Positions 45,077 through 52,393 of a stretch of 52,393 nucleotides of DNA are shown one piece after another. Below the pieces are notes generated by a model. That model did not search any database. It was given only the letters and a program-made list of their open reading frames with translations, and was not told where the DNA came from. The position numbers and the translations under genes are program-made. Source of the DNA: Verrucomicrobiota bacterium. GTDB lineage: Bacteria; Verrucomicrobiota; Verrucomicrobiia; Verrucomicrobiales; DEV007. The stretch's first letter is position 1. Each line of letters starts with the position of its first letter. Location of the stretch: NCBI GenBank assembly GCA_045046875.1, contig JASFYY010000087.1, positions 1 to 52,393 on the forward strand. Reading direction: 5' to 3'.

Positions 45077-46491
45077 GATTCAGGATTCGTTTTTTTTGAG
45101 CGCATTTCTTGGTAGAGAGGTCTTGCTCGCCAGAGGGGGATGGCCAGGCTGATCAGGGTGAAGATGCTGGATGCGAGCAGGAAATAGAGGGGGTGGTTTT
45201 TACCCGCGGAATCACTCAGAGCGAGCAGCGAGACCGGGGGGATGGGCAGGCAGAAAAATAGCACGTCGCCAATGCTTTTGGAGGTATCTCCTACCAAAGC
45301 GAGGATGAAGCTGATGACTACGGTGCAACATTGAATCAGAATGTATAAAGCAAACATCTGGTTGGATTTCGGAAAAAACAGATGGATGAAAATAAGGGGA
45401 TAGGTGATGGAGCCTATGAGACTGATCAGCATCGCGGCGTTTACAATGGTCCAGTCTGAATAGAGGATGCCATCACTAAAGAGAAAAATGCTAATAAAAA
45501 TCAAGCTGCTGAAAATAAGAAAGAGGATGCCTGTATGCCAACCGGGGGTGAGCAGGTATTTGGCTGAGGGGTAGAGACGGCTTTTGGTGAAAGGGCGAAG
45601 CACGCTGGGTAAGGTGGAAGGGCGTTCGGTGAGAGCGTCGGCCCAGACAAGAGTAATGACCATGCCTGCCAAAGTAAATACAAGTCCTTCGTCTACGCCG
45701 GCCAGATTTAACAAGATGATGGCGATGGCAAAAAAAAGTGAGATCAAACGCTTTCGGGTAGCGTTATTTTCTGCCAGCGAGGCAATCTGGCCGGCACCGA
45801 AGTCGAGCAGGAAATAGATGATGTAAGTGCCGGCAATCACGATGCCTCCGATTTGCCACCAAAAGTTGGGATCAGTCCGGCCGCTACCAAAGGTGCGGTA
45901 GGTAGGGCTGAAAGAAAAAATAGTTATGGCGTAAAAACAGATAAAGCCTGTTGCGGCAACGATAAAACCTCGCAGTAAGACTGGGAATGACGAAAACCCC
46001 ACGGTGAGTGCGGTGAACAAAGCGGAGGCAAAAAATGTGAAAAACAGGATGAGAAATTCTTCGATCAGATCGATGCCACCGAAAAAGTAGCGCATGACGA
46101 GGTAGGGCAGGATGCTGATGACCAGTAAGGTGGTTTGTGACATCAGGGCGGCCCATTTGCCGAAGGTTATACGCCAGGCGCTGAGGCGGGTCAGCTGGAG
46201 CAGGTCGAGGGAGTTGTTTTGTTTTTCGGCGGCCAGGGCGTTGAACCCGCGAATGGGCATGGCGACCAAAAGAGTCACCATTAGGAAGGTCCAGAAAAAT
46301 CCGCTGGCGGCGTTGGCCGAACCGGTGGAGGCGGCACCGATGAATACGGTGAACACCATGAAGCCTTGTAGCAGGATGAAGGAGGTGGTGAAGATATTGG
46401 TGCGCAAACCCTGGCGAAGCTCTTTGACGAGCATCGGGCTGAAGCGGTTGGGGAAGTCGGTGAGTTCCGTAGTGGCTGTTGGCGCTTTCAT
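45073..46491 (-). CDS. ABC-2 type permease-like polytopic membrane protein
   Basis: PMLVKELRQ.LR, EK...LDLL.LT.LS...I..GKW; many transmembrane helices. Confidence 0.8.
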   Translation of the reverse strand: MKAPTATTELTDFPNRFSPMLVKELRQGLRTNIFTTSFILLQGFMVFTVFIGAASTGSANAASGFFWTFLMVTLLVAMPIRGFNALAAEKQNNSLDLLQLTRLSAWRITFGKWAALMSQTTLLVISILPYLVMRYFFGGIDLIEEFLILFFTFFASALFTALTVGFSSFPVLLRGFIVAATGFICFYAITIFSFSPTYRTFGSGRTDPNFWWQIGGIVIAGTYIIYFLLDFGAGQIASLAENNATRKRLISLFFAIAIILLNLAGVDEGLVFTLAGMVITLVWADALTERPSTLPSVLRPFTKSRLYPSAKYLLTPGWHTGILFLIFSSLIFISIFLFSDGILYSDWTIVNAAMLISLIGSITYPLIFIHLFFPKSNQMFALYILIQCCTVVISFILALVGDTSKSIGDVLFFCLPIPPVSLLALSDSAGKNHPLYFLLASSIFTLISLAIPLWRARPLYQEMRSKKTNPES

Positions 46492-46493
46492 GA

Positions 46494-46716
46494 ATTACGC
46501 CCTTTCAGGGCTGGGAATATTTTGGTGCGAGATACCCAGGGCGTTGCCCTGGGCTGTAACATGACGCTCCGTTGGAGCTGGTATTGAGTTGCAAAGGGGG
46601 GATGATGGATTTGCTCCGAGCTGGATTGGCCCCGAAGGGGTGAAATGAGATAGCCCAGGGCAAGGCCCTGGGAAAAGGTGTGAAAAAATGAAGCCCTGTA
46701 CCTGTAAGGGCGGAAT
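46494..46716. repeat. Long palindromic REPIN/MITE-like element 2
   Basis: Ends ATTACGCCCTTTCAGG / CCTGTAAGGGCGGAAT; inner CCCAGGGCGTTGCCCTGGGCT (46535-46555) / AGCCCAGGGCAAGGCCCTGGG (46652-46672). Confidence 0.8.
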
Positions 46717-46737
46717 GAGTGGGTGAGGGGAAAGTGT

Positions 46738-47712
46738 TCAAGCTGGAGTGGTTTGATTTTTTTGCGCTTCGATGTTTTCGAGGATGTCGATGAAGGCGTC
46801 TTCGAGTTTGCGTTCTTCGCGGTGGAATTCGATGATTTGCAGGCCGTCTTTGATCATGCGCTGGAGGACTTCGGCGGTGATTTGATCATCAACAGAGTCC
46901 ACTTCGATCCGGGCGCCTTCCTTGAGCCCTTCTTTGAGTTTCACATGCGGCGACATTTGCGCCCATTCGAGCAGTGCCTGGGTATCACCGTGGACTTCGA
47001 CGCGAATGATGGTGCTACCACTGTCATCGCGCTTGAGGCTCTCGGCGCTGCCCTGGTGAATGATTCGCCCCTCGTTGATGAAGAGCAGACTGTCGCACAT
47101 CTCGGCGAGCTCGGAGAGGATGTGGGAACTGATCAAAACCGTTTTACCCTCCTCGGCCAGAATCCGGATCAGGTGTTTGAGTTCCACCCGGGCTTTGGGA
47201 TCGAGGCCGGCGGCGGGTTCGTCGAGGATCAATACTTCCGGGTCGTGAAGCAGCGAGCGACCCAGGCAGAGTCGTTGTCCCATGCCTTTGCTCAGGGTAT
47301 TGATCAGTCGGTCGGCAAGGGGAGCGAGATCGGCAAAGTCCATCACGTCGGTGATGCGCCGGGTTCGTTCCTGACCTTTGAAACCCAGGGCGCGGGCAAA
47401 AAAATCGAGATACTCGATCACGGTCATGTGGTGATAGGTTCCAAAGCTATCCGGCATCCAGCCGATCTTTGAGCGAACCTCGGCAGGGTATTGGGTGACG
47501 TCGATACCGCTCACTTTGAGCGTGCCCCGGGTCGGGTAGTCCAGCGTGGCGAGGATACGCATGGTGGTGGTTTTGCCCGCACCATTGGCTCCGACAAAAC
47601 CAACTACGGTGCCTTTTTCTATTTTAAAAGAGACCCCGTCAACCGCTTTCAGGTTGCCGAAGTTGCGATGAAGATCAATGACTTCGATAGCAGGTAGAGC
47701 GGGAGGGGTCAT
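46738..47712 (-). CDS. ABC transporter ATP-binding protein (ABC-2 type)
   Basis: GANGAGKTT, LSKGMGQR, LILDEP, SSH; ATG 47712 overlaps the upstream stop (ATGA). Confidence 0.93.
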   Translation of the reverse strand: MTPPALPAIEVIDLHRNFGNLKAVDGVSFKIEKGTVVGFVGANGAGKTTTMRILATLDYPTRGTLKVSGIDVTQYPAEVRSKIGWMPDSFGTYHHMTVIEYLDFFARALGFKGQERTRRITDVMDFADLAPLADRLINTLSKGMGQRLCLGRSLLHDPEVLILDEPAAGLDPKARVELKHLIRILAEEGKTVLISSHILSELAEMCDSLLFINEGRIIHQGSAESLKRDDSGSTIIRVEVHGDTQALLEWAQMSPHVKLKEGLKEGARIEVDSVDDQITAEVLQRMIKDGLQIIEFHREERKLEDAFIDILENIEAQKNQTTPA

Positions 47713-49595
47713 TGTTTTGCAGCAGCGGAGTCGTTGGTTGAAGAAGGAGCTGGCGAAGCTTTGGTCACGGGGCCAAAGATCATGGCGTCGGCGTTGCTCC
47801 ATCGAATGGAATCGAGGGTTTCGATAAAGGCTAATTTAGGATCTTTACTGACGGTGAAAAAATGACCCGGACGAAAGGATAGGGCACGGGTTTGCCGACG
47901 TAAGGAGTTATCAGTGGTTTTGTTGTTGGAGCGGTTTGCCGAGAGAACTGAACTGTGTTCATTCCACCAGGTGTTGAGCTCACTACGCGAGGAGGCTGCG
48001 AGGATGATTTCGCTGCCCGGGGTGATGGGCTTGTCCGTTTTGGCTTTCCACACCCGGCCACCTTCACCCACGTAGAAAAAATCTTCGACAGTGAACTCAA
48101 GACTGGAAAACAGCTTGGGATCCTGGGTAGGGGTGATCTCGGCGGTCATCTCGATACGGGAGCGGGTGGGTTGTATGCTTTGGATAAACTGCGCCTGTTC
48201 ACGACGGCTTTGAAACCAGTCGCCGGAAAGTTGATCGCCAGCAAAATTAAAGTTAGTGTGGTTGGAGTAAGAAACGCGCGGGCTCCAACGTGAGTGGGCC
48301 AGTGCCACTGAGGTGATGAAGCTGCTGTCCTGAAGTTGAAAATGATTGCCAAGCAGTACTCCGGTGCGGCTGATTTGTTCCTGGGTGATGTAAGCACGCT
48401 TTTCAGTGGCGGCACTTTCCAGATCAATCACCAACATGCGGCGACCTTGCCCGCCGACTCCATCTTCAAAAAGAATGAATGCCAGCACCAACAGACCGGC
48501 AATGAGGGAAATCAGTGGGGTGGTGAAAAAGAGGCGGTGACGGCGGCCGGCTTTGGCGAAGACAAAAAAGTTCACCGGTCCTACCAGCACACTGAAGATG
48601 GTGAGGATCAGCATGACCAGGACAGGATTGGATCTCTTACGGCCAAAATCCTTTTGTAATTTCCAGTCCTTGCGGTAGGCCTGTTCGAAATTAAGACGGT
48701 TGGTTGCGGCGTTTCTCAAGGTGTTGTAGGCCTGGGCCAATTTGACGTTGCGTCCGTCCCAACCGTGCAATTCGATGACGCCGTAACTGTGGTCGCTGCG
48801 GATGATGTTGCCGAGCACCGGTTTGCGATCGAAGCCCAGTGAGCGGTAATCGAGCTGTTTGTCCCGCGGCTCGGTATAGATCTGCAGGATGCCGCCAAAA
48901 CGATTGCGTTCCAGAATGGCTTTTTGCACGGCGGGGCGCAACTGGGTCCACTCGTCGGCTGCGATCATCAGGGCGTCGTAACCGATGTAAGCTCTCCAGT
49001 CGGAGGGCAGTAGTTGATTGTCGCAGCTGGCGGCAAATGAGATATTGGAAGATGAGCGGGATTTGGAGCCTTTGTTTTTTTGTTTTTTGAGGTAGTTGCT
49101 CAGCAGGGTCAGATTGCGGGCGGCTAGTTTTTCACTGATGATGATGCTGGGCCATTGTTCAGGTAATTGCTCGTAGTTGGAGGTGGAAAGGCTGGAGAAA
49201 CCGTCAGCCTGGATGTGAATGCTTTCCTGACGGTAACGTGAATACTGTGGCAGCCAGTGAACAGGAACAAGGATGTCCTGTTTGACTTCCTGTCCGGCTT
49301 TGACTGTGATTTTAAATACTGAGTGGTGATTTCTTTCACTGTCACTGCGGAATTGCAGCCGCCAGCTGCGGTCTTTGGCTGTGCCGTTTTTGATCACCAC
49401 GTGGATGGGCTGGAAGCCGTAGTTGGGGCCTTTTTCAAAAGGGCTGGTAAGGGATATTTTGGAGCCTCCCGACTTGGGGTAGGTGTGCTGGTAAATGTTT
49501 TTCTGAGCCGAGGCAAAGCCAGCGAGGAAATGCAAACCTGCGATCAGCAGAATCAAGGTCAGGAACGGAGCTGGGAGGCGTCTTTTCGGGATCAT
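47709..49595 (-). CDS. Hypothetical membrane protein of the MoxR/ABC operon
   Basis: Signal peptide, LPSDWRAY.GYD motif, central transmembrane pair (LVGPVNF...TTPLIS). Confidence 0.75.
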   Translation of the reverse strand: MIPKRRLPAPFLTLILLIAGLHFLAGFASAQKNIYQHTYPKSGGSKISLTSPFEKGPNYGFQPIHVVIKNGTAKDRSWRLQFRSDSERNHHSVFKITVKAGQEVKQDILVPVHWLPQYSRYRQESIHIQADGFSSLSTSNYEQLPEQWPSIIISEKLAARNLTLLSNYLKKQKNKGSKSRSSSNISFAASCDNQLLPSDWRAYIGYDALMIAADEWTQLRPAVQKAILERNRFGGILQIYTEPRDKQLDYRSLGFDRKPVLGNIIRSDHSYGVIELHGWDGRNVKLAQAYNTLRNAATNRLNFEQAYRKDWKLQKDFGRKRSNPVLVMLILTIFSVLVGPVNFFVFAKAGRRHRLFFTTPLISLIAGLLVLAFILFEDGVGGQGRRMLVIDLESAATEKRAYITQEQISRTGVLLGNHFQLQDSSFITSVALAHSRWSPRVSYSNHTNFNFAGDQLSGDWFQSRREQAQFIQSIQPTRSRIEMTAEITPTQDPKLFSSLEFTVEDFFYVGEGGRVWKAKTDKPITPGSEIILAASSRSELNTWWNEHSSVLSANRSNNKTTDNSLRRQTRALSFRPGHFFTVSKDPKLAFIETLDSIRWSNADAMIFGPVTKASPAPSSTNDSAAAKQ

Positions 49596-49637
49596 ACAGG
49601 CAGGTTCGATTTGAACGAAATTCTATGAGGAGAGGCC

Positions 49638-50651
49638 CTAAGCATTTGCTTTTTCTTTTAACGTGGCTGGGGTATCGAGATCTTGGGTGGGGATTTCGGT
49701 GAGCAGTTTTTCGACAAGGTCGCGGGCGGTGGTGCCATCAATCCGGGCTTGGTATTCCAATACGATGCGGTGTTGTAATACTGGTATGGCCACCGCTTTG
49801 ACATCTTCGAAACTGGCGTTGATGCGGCCTTTGATCAAAGCGCGAGACTTGGCTGCTGAAGCCAGACTCAAGGCCGCTCGAGGACTGGCTCCAAAACGGA
49901 TGCCTTCGGATACCTTGCTTTGGCCGCGATGGGTGCCGTCGACCAGTCGGGCGATGTAGTTGGCTACCACGTCGGGCAGGTAGATTTTGCGCACCGCGTC
50001 CATGATGTTGATGAGCGTTTGCGCATCCATGACTGATTCGACTTTGGGTTCGATGCCGAGTTCGCGGTGCTGGACGATGCGCTCCAGGGTTTCGGCGCTG
50101 TTGCGTTGCACTTCGAGTTTGAAGAGAAAGCGGTCGAGTTGAGCTTCGGGTAAGGGGTAGGTGCCTTCCAGTTCGATCGGGTTCTGGGTTGCCAATACAA
50201 AAAACGGGACGGGTAGTTGATGGGCTTTTCCCAGCACCGTGACGCGGCGTTCCTGCATCGCTTCGAGCAGCGCGGACTGGGTTTTGGGTGAGGCGCGGTT
50301 GATCTCGTCAGCGAGCACCAGGTTGGCAAACAGCGGGCCGGGTTGGAAAACAAACTCGCGGCCGTTGGAGGTCTCTTGCAATACGGGGTTTCCGGTGATG
50401 TCTCCGGGCAATAGGTCGGGGGTGAACTGAATACGTTTGGTTTCGATTTGCAGGGCTTTTGACAGGGCGGTGACCAGTTCGGTTTTCCCCAATCCGGGCA
50501 GACCTTCCAACAGGATGTGGCCGCGGGCGAGCAGGCCGGTGATGGTGAGTTCGATGAGGTCTTCCTGACCGAATAATACGCCGTTTAGAGTGTCGCTGAG
50601 CTTAGTGATCTCGGTAGCGTATTTTTGAATATCTTTTTCGGAGATGGGCAT
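49638..50651 (-). CDS. moxR: MoxR family AAA+ ATPase
   Basis: EGLPGLGKT, RIQFTPDLLPGDITG, LADEINRA.PKTQSALLEAM, ATQNPIE.EGTYPLPEAQLDRF, GASPR. Confidence 0.95.
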   Translation of the reverse strand: MPISEKDIQKYATEITKLSDTLNGVLFGQEDLIELTITGLLARGHILLEGLPGLGKTELVTALSKALQIETKRIQFTPDLLPGDITGNPVLQETSNGREFVFQPGPLFANLVLADEINRASPKTQSALLEAMQERRVTVLGKAHQLPVPFFVLATQNPIELEGTYPLPEAQLDRFLFKLEVQRNSAETLERIVQHRELGIEPKVESVMDAQTLINIMDAVRKIYLPDVVANYIARLVDGTHRGQSKVSEGIRFGASPRAALSLASAAKSRALIKGRINASFEDVKAVAIPVLQHRIVLEYQARIDGTTARDLVEKLLTEIPTQDLDTPATLKEKANA

Positions 50652-50693
50652 GGTGGGATTTCAGACTTCAGGTTTGAAATTTCAAAATATTAA

Positions 50694-52037
50694 CTAAGGT
50701 GATTTGAAGTAGCGTTTTAGCAATTCTTTTTCGGCGGGTAATAAAGATTCTTGCCAGATGGTGTCACCGCCTTGACCTGTGGATTTGACCGCTCCGGCTT
50801 GCTGGGGGCCTTGTTTGCTTTTGTCGATGTCGTGTTCGCTCTGGCCGACGCCGACCAGATCGCCGGGCGCGGCGCGGGAGAGGTCGGGGTTTTGCACCGC
50901 TTCGAGGTTTTTTGTGCCAAGGTGTTGGGGATCGCCGAGGCTGATCGGAGCTTCGCCCGGGCCACGACTGATGCCTCCTCGTCCGGGGCCTTTGCCTTTA
51001 CCGTTTTGACTGAGCAGATAAGCAATCAAGTCACCTTCTTCGAGCCCGGGCAAGCCACCTTTTCCCATGCCCGCTTTGCGTGCTGCTTTTGCGCCTTTTT
51101 TCAGTTGTTTGCGTAAGGCATCCATTTGTTCCTTGCTGAGCTGGCTCATATTTTTCAACATCGAGGGGTCGATGTTTTTGAGCGCCTGCATCATTTTTGA
51201 ATTGAGCGGCAAGGCGCCGCTTTGGAGGTTTTTCAGTGCTTGTTGATATTCTTGTAGCAGTTGATTTTTGGCGGCCTCATTCATCTGGTCAGAAAAATTC
51301 TGGAAGGCGTTCAGGCCGCGCTCTGCATGGGCGAGATCGGCTCCGAGTTGCTCGATTTGTTTGTTGAGACCGTCACGCATACTGTCCGAGGCCTCCATGC
51401 TGCTGTGGCTGAACCATTCGTCTTTGGGCTGTTCGCTCAGGGCTTCTATTTTTTCCTGCACATCATCGAGTGATTGTTCTTCGATCAATTCGGTTTCTTC
51501 CAAACTCTGCAACCAGTCCTCCATTTGCTCCCAAGCGAGCGGCTGGCTCGGAGGGGGCAGGGCGGTGCCTTGAATGATGGTGACAGGGACGAGGAAGGCG
51601 GCCAGAACCAGCGCGATTGAAACCGCAAAAGGGGTGAGGATGCGCGGCCAATGCCAGTCGAGTCCGACATTGATGTTTTGTGAATCAGGCGGGGCGGGCC
51701 ACTTGCCGATTCCCTGATCGGCGGTGGTCAGGGCGTTGTGGAGGTGCAGTTGGTCTTCCAGGCGAACCAGGGCATCCTGTCGGCGGATGTATGAGCGGCG
51801 GGTGGTGAGCCAGGCGGCAATAGCTAACAAGATCAAGGCGGTGGCAAAAGCACCGGACAGGATGGGGAGGGATGGGGTGTTTTCGATGCTGCGCAGATAG
51901 AGCACGATGCCTGCGCTGATAACTGACAGCGCAACCAGCAGGGGGGTGAAACGATCCAGCCACCAGGCGGCGTTGATTTTCGCCTGGGTTTGACGGGCAA
52001 TGTGACGCCAGGTTGTGGAGATTTCCGTTTCAGACAT
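50694..52037 (-). CDS. Hypothetical membrane protein with coiled coil and Gly-rich tail; first gene of the MoxR operon
   Basis: Three N-terminal transmembrane helices, Q/E/K-rich helical region, GPGRGG..RGPG, C-terminal LP.EK.LLKRYF. Confidence 0.78.
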   Translation of the reverse strand: MSETEISTTWRHIARQTQAKINAAWWLDRFTPLLVALSVISAGIVLYLRSIENTPSLPILSGAFATALILLAIAAWLTTRRSYIRRQDALVRLEDQLHLHNALTTADQGIGKWPAPPDSQNINVGLDWHWPRILTPFAVSIALVLAAFLVPVTIIQGTALPPPSQPLAWEQMEDWLQSLEETELIEEQSLDDVQEKIEALSEQPKDEWFSHSSMEASDSMRDGLNKQIEQLGADLAHAERGLNAFQNFSDQMNEAAKNQLLQEYQQALKNLQSGALPLNSKMMQALKNIDPSMLKNMSQLSKEQMDALRKQLKKGAKAARKAGMGKGGLPGLEEGDLIAYLLSQNGKGKGPGRGGISRGPGEAPISLGDPQHLGTKNLEAVQNPDLSRAAPGDLVGVGQSEHDIDKSKQGPQQAGAVKSTGQGGDTIWQESLLPAEKELLKRYFKSP

Positions 52038-52393
52038 TGTTTGTTAAAATGCTTCGTGTTGAGGGTAAGGAACAGCAGGCACTGTGTAAAGAAGCTTCCG
52101 GTGTTTTTCACGAGAATTGATGGGTGCCTAAGCTTGGGTATGAAAGACGGCATGCGATGTCGGTCATATTCATCGGGCGGGGTGGAATGGGAGGGGGCGC
52201 GTGGTTTTACTCTGTCAGCTTCGAGTGCAAAGCCTAGCATGAGAGTTGTGGCACATTGGATCAGATTCAGGGGTGTTTTTTAAGGGGCGCTAGCTCTTAG
52301 ATTCGATTTTCGAGTTCTAGGAAGAATTAAATGATTTTTCAGCTTTGTTACCGCTTTCATGCAACAAAGGTTGCGTGAGAGCTTTATTATCAA

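Noticed and set aside
51833..52393. ORFs at the right edge (51833-52240 minus, 51990-52283 plus)
   Set aside because: Overlap the start of a real gene and lack motifs; probably the operon's upstream region

Overview
Bacterial DNA whose gene families point to the PVC superphylum, most likely Verrucomicrobiota (inferred from gene content, not a database match). Five blocks. (1) 95-6565: minus-strand DUF1501 / DUF1549-DUF1553 / PPC-domain operon, then a small basic protein and tRNA-Ile2(CAU). (2) About 7360-14030: a decayed tRNA-anchored island with DUF3293, an intact HNH nuclease, a broken phosphorothioate-binding-type SBD-HNH nuclease, an ankyrin-like protein, an orphan antitoxin between direct repeats and REP-like elements; no integrase seen. 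(3) 14090-34412, the most interesting block: an apparent lipid/polyketide biosynthetic cluster. Its core is a single-module, fungal-style highly reducing PKS (KS-AT-DH-cMT-ER-KR-ACP) followed by a stand-alone condensation protein, a desaturase and an ABC exporter. A LolA-like protein, a PaaK-like ligase, a divergent methyltransferase, two lipoprotein hydrolases and a chalcone-isomerase-fold protein lie upstream. No A domain, PCP or thioesterase is present. (4) 34447-38829: lpxD, an SHD1-LRR protein, tatA and an EEP hydrolase. (5) 39408-52037: an 8-gene MoxR/VWA/DUF58/ABC operon whose DUF58 gene appears to need a CTG start. Several intergenic repeat families recur. All calls come from reading motifs by eye; no searches were run.
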